From: an uncultured cyanobacterium
GTDB taxonomy: Bacteria > Cyanobacteriota > Cyanobacteriia > Cyanobacteriales > Nostocaceae
Assembly: GCA_963706595.1 (NCBI GenBank)
Contig: OY970166.1
Location: forward strand, 1,280,001-1,344,000
Length of the DNA: 64,000 nt
Direction: 5' to 3'
The notes beneath the pieces are model-generated. The model saw nothing but the letters and a program-made list of their open reading frames with translations. It did no database searches and had not been told where the DNA came from. Numbering within the stretch: the first letter of the stretch is position 1; every line of letters starts with the position of its first letter. A program made the translations under genes and the position numbers. Positions 39,379 to 50,280 of the stretch are shown here, piece by piece.

Positions 39379-40488
39379 TTAAAATGTTACCACGCTGCGA
39401 ATTGATTCACCTTTGTGCATTAAATCAAAAGCATCATTAATTTGCTCAATAGGCATCACATGAGTAATTAAATCATCAATATTTATTTTCCCATCCATAT
39501 ACCAATCAACAATTTTCGGCACATCGGTACGTCCCCTAGCGCCACCAAATGCCGAACCTTTCCAAACGCGTCCAGTTACTAATTGAAACGGACGAGTTCT
39601 AATTTCTTGTCCAGCACCAGCAACACCAATAACCACACTTACGCCCCAACCTTTATGACAGCATTCTAAGGCTTGACGCATCACATTCACATTGCCAATA
39701 CATTCAAAACTATAATCAGCACCACCTTTGGTTAAATCCACCAAATAAGGCACTAAATCACCCTCAACTTCTTGGGGGTTGACAAAATGCGTCATGCCAA
39801 ACTTTTCGGCTAAAGCGCGTTTACTGGGATTAATATCTACCCCGATAATCATATTCGCTCCTACCATCCGCGCCCCTTGGATGACATTTAAGCCAATACC
39901 GCCTAAGCCAAAAACTACGACATTTGCGCCTGGTTCTACTTTGGCTGTATGAATAACTGCACCCACACCAGTAGTTACACCGCAGCCAATATAACAAACT
40001 TTATCAAAGGGGGCATCTGGGCGAATTTTGGCGACGGCAATTTCAGGTAAAACTGTGTAATTAGCAAAGGTAGATGTCCCCATGTAGTGATGCAACATTT
40101 CTCCACCAATACTAAAGCGACTCGTACCATCAGGCATAACACCGCGCCCTTGAGTTACGCGAATTGCTTGACAAAGATTGGTTTTCATGCTTAGACAATA
40201 TTCACACTGTCGGCATTCGGGAGTATATAGAGGAATGACATGATCTCCTGGTTTAAGGCTAGTGACACCAGCACCAACTTCAATCACTACACCTGCGCCT
40301 TCATGTCCTAAAATTGCGGGAAATAAACCTTCGGGGTCATTACCGGAAAGGGTGTAAGCATCGGTATGGCAAACCCCAGAGGCTTTAATCTCAATTAAAA
40401 CTTCCCCGGCTCGTGGTGGGGATAATTCCACAGTTTCAATAGTTAACGGCTTACCCGCGCCGTAAGCGACTGCTGCTTTAACTTCCAA
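39379..40488 (-). CDS. frmA: S-(hydroxymethyl)glutathione dehydrogenase / class III alcohol dehydrogenase
   Basis: [25 protein letters not shown] motifs. Confidence 0.97.
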   Translation of the reverse strand: MEVKAAVAYGAGKPLTIETVELSPPRAGEVLIEIKASGVCHTDAYTLSGNDPEGLFPAILGHEGAGVVIEVGAGVTSLKPGDHVIPLYTPECRQCEYCLSMKTNLCQAIRVTQGRGVMPDGTSRFSIGGEMLHHYMGTSTFANYTVLPEIAVAKIRPDAPFDKVCYIGCGVTTGVGAVIHTAKVEPGANVVVFGLGGIGLNVIQGARMVGANMIIGVDINPSKRALAEKFGMTHFVNPQEVEGDLVPYLVDLTKGGADYSFECIGNVNVMRQALECCHKGWGVSVVIGVAGAGQEIRTRPFQLVTGRVWKGSAFGGARGRTDVPKIVDWYMDGKINIDDLITHVMPIEQINDAFDLMHKGESIRSVVTF

Positions 40489-40725
40489 AATGAGCCTTCC
40501 TGATATAGCAGTTTGATGAATGGGCTGTTTCGAGTTTATACCGAGGAATGATGAGAGAAACTTTTTGTTACTTTTTTATAAATTAACTATAAAATTGCAC
40601 AATTGCTTTTTCCGATGATATTGGTACATTAGTTACAGGCGGCAAACCTGGACGATGATATCGATCCGCCATCATTGACTGATCATTTTGTTAACTTTGA
40701 CCTTATCTTTATTTTTACAACGCTT

Positions 40726-42012
40726 ATGAACCCTGCCCTAACGAAAATTGGCGCTCAAATGTCTAACTTGACTGGCGTAAGAGCGATTATGAAGGACATT
40801 ATCGAAACGTTAAAAGCTGGGGCGGGGCAAGAATTTATTAATTTAAGCGCTGGAAACCCGTTGATTTTGCCGGAGGTAGAACAGTTATGGCGCGACTGCA
40901 CGGCGGAATTACTGGCTAGTTCGGAATACGGCGAGGTGGTTTGTCGTTACGGTTCGAGTCAGGGTTATGGACCTTTAATTGAGGCGATCGCCAATGACTT
41001 CAACAAACGCTATGGTTTAAACTTAAGCGATCGCAATATCTTAATTACACCCGGTAGTCAAAGCCTCTACTTCTACGCTGCCAATGCTTTCGGTGGTTAC
41101 ACAAATAACGGTGAACTCAAACAAATCGTTTTACCTCTCAGTCCCGACTATACGGGTTATGGCGGTGTTTGTTTAGAGCAAGATGCCTTAATTGCATATA
41201 AACCCACTTTAGATATTGATGCTGCGGCTCACAGGTTTAAATATCGTCCAGACTTCAGCCAACTATCGATTACAGAAAGCACCGGTTGCGTCATCTTCTC
41301 TCGTCCCTGTAACCCCACTGGTAATGTTCTCAGCGACGATGAAGTGAAAAAAATTGCGGCTTTGGCTGCACCTCATGATGTACCTGTGTTGATTGACTCA
41401 GCTTATGCGCCGCCTTTCCCAGCTTTAAACTTCACTGAAATGACACCAGTGTTCGGTGACAATATCTTGCACTGTATGAGTTTATCGAAAGCGGGATTAC
41501 CCGGTGAACGTATCGGTGTGGCTATTGGTGATCAAGGTATCATCCAAGCATTGGAGTGCTTTCAGACAAATTTGTGTATTCATCCTTCACGCTATGGGCA
41601 AGCGATCGCCGCTAGTGCTATTAATTCTGGTGCTTTAGCTAAAATCGCTGAAGAGGTGATTCGTCCTTTCTACCAGAAAAAGTTCACTGTGCTAGAAGAT
41701 ACTTTGGATCAGGCATTGTCCAAGGATTTACCTTGGTTCCTCCATCGCGGTGAAGGAGCTATTTTTGCTTGGTTATGGCTACAGGATTTACCTATGACTG
41801 ATTGGGAATTCTACCAGGAATTAAAGCAGGTGGGTGTGATTGTTGTGCCTGGTAGTAGCTTTTTCCCTGGTTTGCGCGAAGAATGGCCGCATAAGCACCA
41901 ATGTTTACGCATTAGTCTGACTGGTAGTGATGAAGAAATTGTTACGGGTATGCAACGTTTGGCACAGGTGGCTGAACGAGTTTACCAGCGTGCTGTTGTG
42001 AGTGTAAAATAA
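40726..42012 (+). CDS. avtA: Valine--pyruvate aminotransferase
   Basis: [36 protein letters not shown]; start placed at ATG 40726 (MNPALT). Confidence 0.9.
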   Translation: MNPALTKIGAQMSNLTGVRAIMKDIIETLKAGAGQEFINLSAGNPLILPEVEQLWRDCTAELLASSEYGEVVCRYGSSQGYGPLIEAIANDFNKRYGLNLSDRNILITPGSQSLYFYAANAFGGYTNNGELKQIVLPLSPDYTGYGGVCLEQDALIAYKPTLDIDAAAHRFKYRPDFSQLSITESTGCVIFSRPCNPTGNVLSDDEVKKIAALAAPHDVPVLIDSAYAPPFPALNFTEMTPVFGDNILHCMSLSKAGLPGERIGVAIGDQGIIQALECFQTNLCIHPSRYGQAIAASAINSGALAKIAEEVIRPFYQKKFTVLEDTLDQALSKDLPWFLHRGEGAIFAWLWLQDLPMTDWEFYQELKQVGVIVVPGSSFFPGLREEWPHKHQCLRISLTGSDEEIVTGMQRLAQVAERVYQRAVVSVK

Positions 42013-42683
42013 TGAAAACGAACCACGAAGGCGCAAAGAGCGCCAAGAAGAAGCAGGGGAGCAGGGAGCAGGGAGCAGGGGGGAAGTTTCTCAACCCACT
42101 CCCCAATCTTGATGAATGGTTGGAAATTGGGAAGATTGTCGCCCCTCAAGGTTTGGCTGGGGAGTTACGGGTTTATCCGGAGTCGGATTTTCCGGAGCGG
42201 TTTGAGGTTCCGGGGACTCGTTGGTTATGGCATCCTGGGGATAAGGAACCGCAACCTGTGGAGTTGTTGTCGGGACGTTATGTGGAAGGGAAAAATTTGT
42301 GTGTGATTTCTTTGGCTGGGGTGAAAAATCGCGATGATGCTGAGGCGTTGCGCGATTATAAGTTGATGGTTCCGGCAAGCGATCGCCCCCAATTAGGCGA
42401 AGATGAATATCATGTTACCGATTTGATCGGAATGTTGGTATTTATGCAAGAATCGGCGGAACTTGTGGGTGAGGTGGTAGATGTCATTCCGGCTGGTAAT
42501 TTTTTATTGGAAGTCAAACTGCATCAGCAAAATGAAGCTGTTGAACCAGAAAATTCACAGCCGCAATCACCGAAGAAACTTTTGATACCATTTGTTAAGG
42601 CGATCGCCCCCGTAGTAGATATCGAATCTCGTCGGATTGAAATTACTCCCCCCCCTGGGTTGCTAGAACTAGCCATTGGTTAA
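42012..42683 (+). CDS. rimM: Ribosome maturation factor RimM
   Basis: [36 protein letters not shown] motifs. Confidence 0.95.
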   Translation: MKTNHEGAKSAKKKQGSREQGAGGKFLNPLPNLDEWLEIGKIVAPQGLAGELRVYPESDFPERFEVPGTRWLWHPGDKEPQPVELLSGRYVEGKNLCVISLAGVKNRDDAEALRDYKLMVPASDRPQLGEDEYHVTDLIGMLVFMQESAELVGEVVDVIPAGNFLLEVKLHQQNEAVEPENSQPQSPKKLLIPFVKAIAPVVDIESRRIEITPPPGLLELAIG

Positions 42684-42715
42684 AAAATAGCAAGTCCGAT
42701 TCATTAGCTTCATCC

Positions 42716-42890
42716 CCCCACTCCCCAGAAGAGGCAAGGGAGCAGGGAGAAGGGAGCAAGGGGGAGTAAGAAATTATTTTAAACTTCTGGTTACTTAACA
42801 ACCATTCTTCTTCTCCCCTGCCCCCTGCCCCCTGCCCCCTGCACCTTTTCCTCTACTCCCTACTCCCCACTCCCCACTCCCTACTCCCCA
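42716..42890 (+). repeat. STRR-armed dispersed element, left inverted copy flanking the kinase
   Basis: Near-identical reverse complement of 43931-44096. Confidence 0.85.
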
Positions 42891-43897
42891 CTTTTAAGCA
42901 GGTGCTGTTTTACGTCACTTGGCTGAGAAAGTATCAAAGTTGTTGCTGCTACTGCCATCATGCCCATCATAGCTAGGCATAGCACAGCTGTTCTTTGTCT
43001 CAATTTTATGGACGCAACTAAAGTATCTATGGCATTATAAGTACCAGTAACTTGAATGGGAATCAGTGCTTTTAACGCCAAAAATGCATTAGCATAGCGA
43101 TGTTTACACTGACATTCGAGCAACTTCATCAACCATAATCTAAACCAGGGATTAAGTTGGGGAACTAATTTCTGGAAATTCAACCGATACTTATGATCTA
43201 TCAACTTACAAATATCAATAGAACGAGTATCAGTAAGTAAGCAAATCAGTGTCACTCCTAAACTATACAAGTCGGAAGCTAAGGTGAGGGGATGACCAAG
43301 GTGTTCCTCCGGAGGCATAAAACCTGGGGTTCCAGAAGCCAAACTGCTAATAGCCATTTTCACCCCCTCTAACCTAGCCAAGTCAAAATCGACTAAGTAA
43401 GCGTTTAGTTGCTCATCCACTAAAATGTTTTCTGGTTTAATATCCCGATGAATAATTGGCTCGGCTCGTTGTTGCAGATAAACTAAAATCTCTAAAATTG
43501 ATACCGCTATTTGTTTGATTTCTTCGGGGTTGAAATTGCGTCTTAACCCCAGGGATGGAGCGTTTTTATACTCCTGTACCAAATAAAAATTATTTGGCAT
43601 TTCAAAGGAGTCTATGTAGCGGGGGATACGAGGATGATGCAGTTGTCGTAAGATTTCAATTTCATGTTCATAAGTTTTCAAACCTGACCAGTCAGAACTT
43701 GTACTGGCACAATTGAACTCTTTAATCACTACCTGTTGATGAGATTTACAGACCTGAGCTAGGTAAGTAATGCGCCCCTCTACCTGATTCCGTCCTAATT
43801 CTCGAATAACTTCATAGCCTAGCTGAGAAAAATCAGGATAATGACTTAGGCAATTCGCCTCTCGATTATTTACATCAAGCTCCATCACACATACCAT
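42881..43897 (-). CDS. Hanks-type Ser/Thr protein kinase with a C-terminal TM segment
   Basis: VVIKE, HRDIKPEN, DFD (instead of DFG), GTPGFMPPE, SDLYSLG; the stop codon lies within the flanking repeat. Confidence 0.85.
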   Translation of the reverse strand: MVCVMELDVNNREANCLSHYPDFSQLGYEVIRELGRNQVEGRITYLAQVCKSHQQVVIKEFNCASTSSDWSGLKTYEHEIEILRQLHHPRIPRYIDSFEMPNNFYLVQEYKNAPSLGLRRNFNPEEIKQIAVSILEILVYLQQRAEPIIHRDIKPENILVDEQLNAYLVDFDLARLEGVKMAISSLASGTPGFMPPEEHLGHPLTLASDLYSLGVTLICLLTDTRSIDICKLIDHKYRLNFQKLVPQLNPWFRLWLMKLLECQCKHRYANAFLALKALIPIQVTGTYNAIDTLVASIKLRQRTAVLCLAMMGMMAVAATTLILSQPSDVKQHLLKSGE

Positions 43898-43930
43898 TTG
43901 AGGCTAATTTTGTCAAGAGGCAATTAAAAA

Positions 43931-44096
43931 TGGGGAGTAGGGAGTGGGGAGTGGGGAGTGGGGAGTAGAGGAAAAGGTGCAGGGGGAGGGGGCAGGGGAG
44001 AAGAAGAATGGTTGTTAAGTAACCAGAAGTTTAAAATAATTTCTTACTCCCCCTTGCTCCCTTCTCCCTGCTCCCTTGCCTCTTCTGGGGAGTGGG
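43931..44096 (-). repeat. STRR-armed dispersed element, right inverted copy flanking the kinase
   Basis: Reverse complement of 42716-42890. Confidence 0.85.
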
Positions 44097-44202
44097 TTAA
44101 AACCCTTTTGGTGTCTAAGTTTGATTATCCCTTTATGTCTTAACCTCGTTGGCGGTTGCTATATCTACACGATAGATGCCCAGAGGGCATCTGTATGCTC
44201 AA

Positions 44203-45096
44203 CTATGAATTTTGCGCCAACCAAGCGACAATCTGGGCGTTAACAACCTCTGGAACTTCATCGTGGGGACAATGACCAGCGTTAGGAATAGGAACAATTT
44301 TGATGTCTTTGCCATTCTCACAAGCCTGTTCATAAATCTTCGCCCCGGTAATTGGTGTCCAGGGATCATCAGCACCCCAAATTACTAATAAAGGACGTGT
44401 GATTTTGGGCAATAGTTCCTCTGGACTAGGGCCAGGAGGGGCTGTGAGAATGGAGGCGAAAACTTGCTGCGCTCCCGGATCACAAGATGGAGTATAAAGG
44501 ATATCGACTAATTCATCTGTGACGGCTTCACGGTTGTGGTAAACTTGGTATAGGGTGCGACGAATTTGGGATTTTTGACGAATGCGGTTGTAGACAAATG
44601 TACCTGTAATAGGCGATCGCACAAATCTGTTAAAAGCTCCCATCACCATCCGTAAAGGTGGATTTAACTCATGGGGACGATGGCTTAAACCACCAGCCGA
44701 GTTAATTAAAACACCACCAGCACTAATTTCTGGATATTCTGCCAACACCATCAAACTGATCAGTGCGCCAATAGAATTACCGATAAATACCGCAGGTTCT
44801 TGGATGTGTGCGTCCCAAAAATCTTTCAGCAGTTCTACCCACACGTCTACAGTGTAATTAATTGGGGCTTTATCAGAACCACCAAAACCCAAAAGATCCA
44901 CAGCAAAAACCCGGTAGCCTGCGTCGGCTAACACCGGGATATTTTTCCGCCAGTGTCCAATGGAAGCCCCAAAGCCGTGAACCAGCACCAAGGGGCGACC
45001 TGTACCCATGACGGTATATTGAATTTTGTGTCCTTGCCAAGTCCAAACAAATTTTTCTAATGTGACTGAAGGTAGCTGCTGTGTAGTTCCGGTCAT
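44203..45096 (-). CDS. Alpha/beta fold hydrolase
   Basis: HGFGAS, GNSIG nucleophile elbow, GHCPHDE. Confidence 0.92.
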   Translation of the reverse strand: MTGTTQQLPSVTLEKFVWTWQGHKIQYTVMGTGRPLVLVHGFGASIGHWRKNIPVLADAGYRVFAVDLLGFGGSDKAPINYTVDVWVELLKDFWDAHIQEPAVFIGNSIGALISLMVLAEYPEISAGGVLINSAGGLSHRPHELNPPLRMVMGAFNRFVRSPITGTFVYNRIRQKSQIRRTLYQVYHNREAVTDELVDILYTPSCDPGAQQVFASILTAPPGPSPEELLPKITRPLLVIWGADDPWTPITGAKIYEQACENGKDIKIVPIPNAGHCPHDEVPEVVNAQIVAWLAQNS

Positions 45097-45355
45097 TATT
45101 AAAATTCATAAAGTATTGTTCTATATCATATTGTCCCTGACTATGAAAAATTTGGGCAAAAATAGCATTTGCGCTTACTGAGGATTTAATTATTTGTTTT
45201 CCGAGTTCATCACTTGCTAGTTCGGTACTTTCAAAAGTTTGTGGTTGATTGACTTTTTTGGTTGATGACTTTGTTGTGGTGTCACACACTCGATTGCAAG
45301 ATTGATGATAGTTTATTTTTACACAAACTCCTTTATCCTAATCGCGATATAAGCT

Positions 45356-45994
45356 ATGACACTCAATTTATATTTACTGCGACATGGAGAAACTACTTTT
45401 AGTCAAAGTGGTAATTTCTGCGGTGGAACTGATGCGGAGTTGACTTCTGAAGGGATGCAGATGGCATCCAGTTTTGCCGATGTTTATCAAAAATTGAAGT
45501 GGGAGGCTGTTTATGCTAGCCCGATGAAGCGCACAATTGCAACTGCCAAGCCATTTTGTGATGCTATCGGTATGGATATGCAGTTGCGTGACGGACTCAG
45601 AGAAGGTAGTTACGGACAATGGGAAACTAAGAGTAAATCCTTTGCCCAAGAGAATTACGCAGAAAACTATCTAAAATGGGTGACAGAACCTGCTTGGAAT
45701 GCACCACTAGGTGGAGAAACTGCGGTAGATATTGCTAACCGTTCTATGCCTGTAATTGCGGAAATTCAAGAAAAGCATCCCGAAGGTAATGTTTTAGTGG
45801 TTTCCCATAAAGCTACGATTCGGATTATGCTTTGCAGTTTACTGGGAATTGATTTGGGACGCTATCGCTATCGGGTGAATATTTTGGTCGCCTCAGTAAG
45901 TATGGTTAAATTTGATGTGAATGGTCCTTTGTTAGAAATATTAGGCGATCGCCATCATATACCCGATCGTCTTCGCTTTCGTACAGGAACATAA
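45356..45994 (+). CDS. Histidine phosphatase (phosphoglycerate mutase family)
   Basis: LRHGET, SPMKR, VSH motifs. Confidence 0.92.
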   Translation: MTLNLYLLRHGETTFSQSGNFCGGTDAELTSEGMQMASSFADVYQKLKWEAVYASPMKRTIATAKPFCDAIGMDMQLRDGLREGSYGQWETKSKSFAQENYAENYLKWVTEPAWNAPLGGETAVDIANRSMPVIAEIQEKHPEGNVLVVSHKATIRIMLCSLLGIDLGRYRYRVNILVASVSMVKFDVNGPLLEILGDRHHIPDRLRFRTGT

Positions 45995-46084
45995 ATAGTC
46001 CCGACTAATTGCCCGACTGAAATATTCCCCTTCCCACCCTGGTAGTAGCTTAATCCTAGTTTGACCTCAGAAGTAGGCAGGGTC

Positions 46085-46232
46085 CAGGGGAGAAGAGGCA
46101 GGGGAGCAGGGCGCAGGGCGCAAGGGGGAGTTAGAAATAGAAATTAGTTTAAACTTCCTTACTTAACAACCTTTCCTATTCTCCTCTGCACCCTGCCCCC
46201 TGCCCCCGTTCCTCTTCTCCCCTGCCTCTTAA
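46085..46232 (+). repeat. Fourth, more diverged copy of the STRR-armed element
   Basis: GAGTTAGAAAT..TTTAAACTTCC..TTACTTAACAACC core with GGGAGCA/CCCCCTG arms. Confidence 0.7.
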
Positions 46233-46323
46233 CTCCTAAAGGGCTTAGGAACTATCAGACTCTTGACTATAGACTAATAATAAGTATTAAGCTATTAACA
46301 GTAAACCAGCGAGGGTAAACATC

Positions 46324-46518
46324 ATGATTCTACCTGGATCAACAGTTCGCGTCAAAAATCCCGCAGACACCTATTACCGCTACGAAGGACTTGTACAGCG
46401 TATTAGTGATGGCAAGGTAGCTGTACTCTTTGAAGGTGGCAACTGGGATAAATTAATTACCTTTCGCTTATCAGAATTAGAAGCCGTAGAACTGACAGCC
46501 GGACGAAAAGGGAAGTAG
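46324..46518 (+). CDS. ndhS: NAD(P)H dehydrogenase subunit S
   Basis: [34 protein letters not shown]. Confidence 0.95.
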   Translation: MILPGSTVRVKNPADTYYRYEGLVQRISDGKVAVLFEGGNWDKLITFRLSELEAVELTAGRKGK

Positions 46519-46535
46519 ATTAATAGTCATTTAGT

Positions 46536-46664
46536 TAGGGACTTCCAAATAAAAAAACATGACAAATTTTATTGTGGGATGGGTGTCCCCACCCGTCCTT
46601 TAATCAGGGCGGGCATCTTTGCCCTCCCCACAATATGGATAATTTATTTCTTGGAAGCCCCTTA
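46536..46664. mobile_element. MITE (TIR AGGGACTTCCAA..TTGGAAGCCCCT) carrying an inverted REP pair
   Basis: Inverted termini; internal GTGGGATGGGTGTCCCCACCCGTCC and GGGCGGGCA..TGCCC..CCCCAC. Confidence 0.65.
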
Positions 46665-46736
46665 TCAGTCATCAGTCATTAGTAAAAGACTGGTGACTAA
46701 TTACTCAAGACTAATGACCAAGGACTAATAACTAAG

Positions 46737-47420
46737 ATGCGTCTACCTTTACCACAGTTTGCCACAGGCAATAACGAAGCGCTGCTGCAAGCAGTTCGCC
46801 ACCCCAACCACATTGCGGAGGTAATTGAAACTACTTCCACCGAATTTCTCTCACAGTGTTTGGAACCAGAAGACTTAAGTTTTCCCCCCATGCCTCCTTT
46901 CGGTAGTTGGGTTTGTGCGGCGGATGAAGAGTCAGGCAATCAAATTTATGGTGTGCTGTATCACGCTACGACCATGCCCATAGATTCGGTACATCGGGCG
47001 GTGGCGCTGGGGTTGTCATTGCAAGATTTACGCGAGGAACAACCCCAAATTTTTGCCATGCTTAAAACTGAATTTCGGGCAGCGATTGTAGGGTTTGAGC
47101 ATTCGTCCTCTCAGACTCTAGGGACAAACCCAGGGGTATATCAGTATTTACCACCACGTCCTCCGCAAATTCATCAAGCTGTTTATCGGTGTGAACCAGA
47201 AGCCATAATTAAATTCACTGAGTCAGTAGATTTTTTGCGGACATTGCTCTCTGTAAGTGGTGCGCCAGTAGAGGCATTAACGGCAGCCGCTATCCGCGAA
47301 GTCTACCAGTTACGCAAAGCTGACCGAGAATGGCTGATCAAAGCTGGACGTACTCTCAGCGTTTTATTAAAAGACGACTACGATCGCTTGCGGTTTATTT
47401 TAAGTCAAATCCATGCTTAG
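46737..47420 (+). CDS. Cyanobacterial HAS-barrel domain-like protein
   Basis: HIAEVIET..FLSQCLEP..PPFGSWV..QYLPPRPPQIHQAV pattern. Confidence 0.75.
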   Translation: MRLPLPQFATGNNEALLQAVRHPNHIAEVIETTSTEFLSQCLEPEDLSFPPMPPFGSWVCAADEESGNQIYGVLYHATTMPIDSVHRAVALGLSLQDLREEQPQIFAMLKTEFRAAIVGFEHSSSQTLGTNPGVYQYLPPRPPQIHQAVYRCEPEAIIKFTESVDFLRTLLSVSGAPVEALTAAAIREVYQLRKADREWLIKAGRTLSVLLKDDYDRLRFILSQIHA

Positions 47421-47565
47421 GTAATTAGTTCTGAGATAATTACTTAGGTAGTATGAAGATTTTTTAATTTTTTGTCAGGGTGGCTTTTACGTTGATTGAT
47501 CATTTTTTAATCGATTTCCTTCTAGGTCATCGCCACCTCACCGTCGCCCCTTAAAGTCCAACATA

Positions 47566-49704
47566 ATGGAACTAATATCACAAGTTCTGCTCACCGAACC
47601 AACTTCTCAAGTTCTCGGAGAGGAACCAATTGTGACCTTTGCTGTTTTGCTGGTGGTCATCTTAGTTGTACCTATCCTATTTGAGCGGCTGAGACTACCA
47701 GGATTAATAGGCTTAGTCTTCTCTGGGGTAGTAATGGGTCCATCAGGCTGGAATCTCTTCCGCACAGAATCATCGGTAATTAGCCTGCTATCAGATATGG
47801 GCTTATTTTATTTGATGTTTGTCGCAGGTTTAGAAGTGGAAATTCAGCATTTCCGCCGTTGCAAAAAACGCTCCTTGGGATTTGGCATCCTGACCTTTAG
47901 TTTCCCCCTGGTCATAGGAACCTTAATAGGACAGTTTTTTCATTGGGAATGGAACGCGGCGATTTTAACAGGCTCTTTGTTGGCTTCCTACAACCTTTTG
48001 GCATATCCCGTCATTAGTCGTCTGGGAGTGCTAAATAATGAAGCTGTGACTATCACAATGGGAGCCACCATTTTTACCAACCTTAGCGCTGTGCTGGTAT
48101 TAGCGGTTTGTTTAGCTACTACTAACACTGGACCATTCAACTTAACTCAACTACTTCCCCTCTTGATTTGGTTGGCTGTTTACACCCTGATCATTTTGCT
48201 GGGATTTAATTGGGCTGGCAAAGAATTTTTCCGGCGATGTGGAGACGATGAGGGCAATCAGATTTTATTTGTGTTACTCACCGTATTTCTGGCTGCGGTG
48301 GGCGCTCAATTCATTGGGCTAGAAACCATTGTCGGAGCCTTTTTAGCAGGTTTGGTAGTCAATGAAACTGTGGGTGAAGGGCCAGTCAAGGAAAAAGTGA
48401 TATTTATTGGCAGTGTCCTATTTATTCCCATTTTCTTAGTTAAATTTGGCTCAATGCTGAATCTGCCGACATTAATTACCAGCATTGACACCCTGCAATT
48501 AACGATTTTTATTGTAGTCGGTTTAATTACCAGCAAATTCATTGCCGCTTTCTTCACAAAACTGCTTTACCGCTACAATTGGCGGGAAATGCTGGCTATG
48601 TGGTCACTATCAATACCTCAAACGGGTATGACTTTAGCCGCAGCTTTAGTGGGATATCGGGCTGGATTGCTGCCAGAGACAGTATTAAACAGTGTCTTTG
48701 TTTTAATGTTCGTGACTTCACTCTTAAGTCTATGGCTCACTAGTCAGACAGCCGTGACTTTGGTTTCCACAGCAGTTCTAGAAGCACGTTCTCCTACTTT
48801 ATTTGAGCAGCAGACAGAAGCAAAACCCAGTCGGGTGACGATAGTTGTACCTGTGTATAATCCTCAGACTCAGCAGTATTTGATTGAAATGGCAGCCTTA
48901 TTAGCAACTCAAGCCAAGGGTAGAATTGTACCATTAGCGATCGCCACTGCTGCGGCTCAGATGGATGCACCACAGTTAGAAACTTCTCTGCGTCGAAGTG
49001 AGCGCTTACTAGCAAAAGCTGCCGCCCAAAGTCGATTATTGGGAGTAGAAGCAGAACCATTACTGCGAATTGATGATGCTTTTGCTCTAGGTATTAGTAG
49101 AGCAGCTCGTGAACAAAAGGCGAGTTTAACGATTATGGGTTGGGGTAAACGCACTGGGTTGAGAGCGCGTTTATTTGGGAATGTGATTGATGACGTACTT
49201 TGGGCATCTCATTGTCCAGTGGCGGTGACACGTCTGATGGACTCACCCAAAAAAATTCAACGCATCTTAGTACCCTTAGAAAATTTAACAGCATCATCAT
49301 TGCAACCTGTACAATTTGCCCAGATGTTGGCTGAGGCTAATCAAGCCCAAGTGACTGTACTCCATGTGTGCATGGGTGAAGCTCGTCATTCTCATAAAAT
49401 CGCCGCCAAGCGATCGCATCTGGCTGTGTTAATGTCTCAATTGGATGTGCCTCATCCTCCAGAAATTCAAATCATCGCTCATGAAAATGTTGCCCAAGCA
49501 ATTTTACAGGCAGCAAGATTATATGATTTAGTCGTCTTACCTTTTATCCGTAATCGTTCAAATTCTGGTGGTTTAGCTATTAGCGATGTCACAACCCAGT
49601 TAGCTGGTCAACTTACCTGCTCTATCGTCATGCTGGGAGAACAACAGCACACTGAAACAAAAATGTCAACACCAGAGATTTCCCATTCTAAATCTGCTGT
49701 TTAA
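47566..49704 (+). CDS. Cation:proton antiporter (CPA2) with C-terminal universal-stress-protein domains
   Basis: About 12 TM helices, GAFLAGL, FIPIF; two USP-like domains (IMGWG..LFGNVIDDV..SHCPV). Confidence 0.9.
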   Translation: MELISQVLLTEPTSQVLGEEPIVTFAVLLVVILVVPILFERLRLPGLIGLVFSGVVMGPSGWNLFRTESSVISLLSDMGLFYLMFVAGLEVEIQHFRRCKKRSLGFGILTFSFPLVIGTLIGQFFHWEWNAAILTGSLLASYNLLAYPVISRLGVLNNEAVTITMGATIFTNLSAVLVLAVCLATTNTGPFNLTQLLPLLIWLAVYTLIILLGFNWAGKEFFRRCGDDEGNQILFVLLTVFLAAVGAQFIGLETIVGAFLAGLVVNETVGEGPVKEKVIFIGSVLFIPIFLVKFGSMLNLPTLITSIDTLQLTIFIVVGLITSKFIAAFFTKLLYRYNWREMLAMWSLSIPQTGMTLAAALVGYRAGLLPETVLNSVFVLMFVTSLLSLWLTSQTAVTLVSTAVLEARSPTLFEQQTEAKPSRVTIVVPVYNPQTQQYLIEMAALLATQAKGRIVPLAIATAAAQMDAPQLETSLRRSERLLAKAAAQSRLLGVEAEPLLRIDDAFALGISRAAREQKASLTIMGWGKRTGLRARLFGNVIDDVLWASHCPVAVTRLMDSPKKIQRILVPLENLTASSLQPVQFAQMLAEANQAQVTVLHVCMGEARHSHKIAAKRSHLAVLMSQLDVPHPPEIQIIAHENVAQAILQAARLYDLVVLPFIRNRSNSGGLAISDVTTQLAGQLTCSIVMLGEQQHTETKMSTPEISHSKSAV

Positions 49705-50280
49705 GAACGAAAATATTGCCTTTTTCAGCCGCTCTCCAATGTGAAGAGAGGTGGAAGTGGACTCAAAAAATGCCCAATTGTCATTGCGATCGCCACATAG
49801 TTAAGGGCAGCAATCACAAAAACATGGGATCATTTAGGGATTTCCAGAAAATAAATTGCCCCATTTCATCAGACTATATTTGTTCTTTATCCCCCCTGCT
49901 CCCTGCTCCCTGCTCCCTGCTCCCTGCTCCCCTGCCTACCTCAGCGATGGAATGTTTTTTTAATTGTCAGTCCCTTATTTTGGGAAATAGTCATGCTAAG
50001 ATTCAGAACAAAATTATCACAGTATTGTGAACAAAACTTGATCTGGATAAAGATTTGATAAATTATTAGCCAAACCAGACAATTTTCCGAGGATGTTTGG
50101 TAACTTGCTATATAAATTGTCTAACTATTGAGTCTCAACTGGACAAAAATACGTATATACTGCATTAAAATGTTGCTTTCAAATTCACTCTGTTTGTTCT
50201 ATATTTTTGTATCCCAAGTGGGTACTCTAATCAATAGGCGAGAGAGCAACTAGAAGTACTTATAAAATAACTCGGAAACT

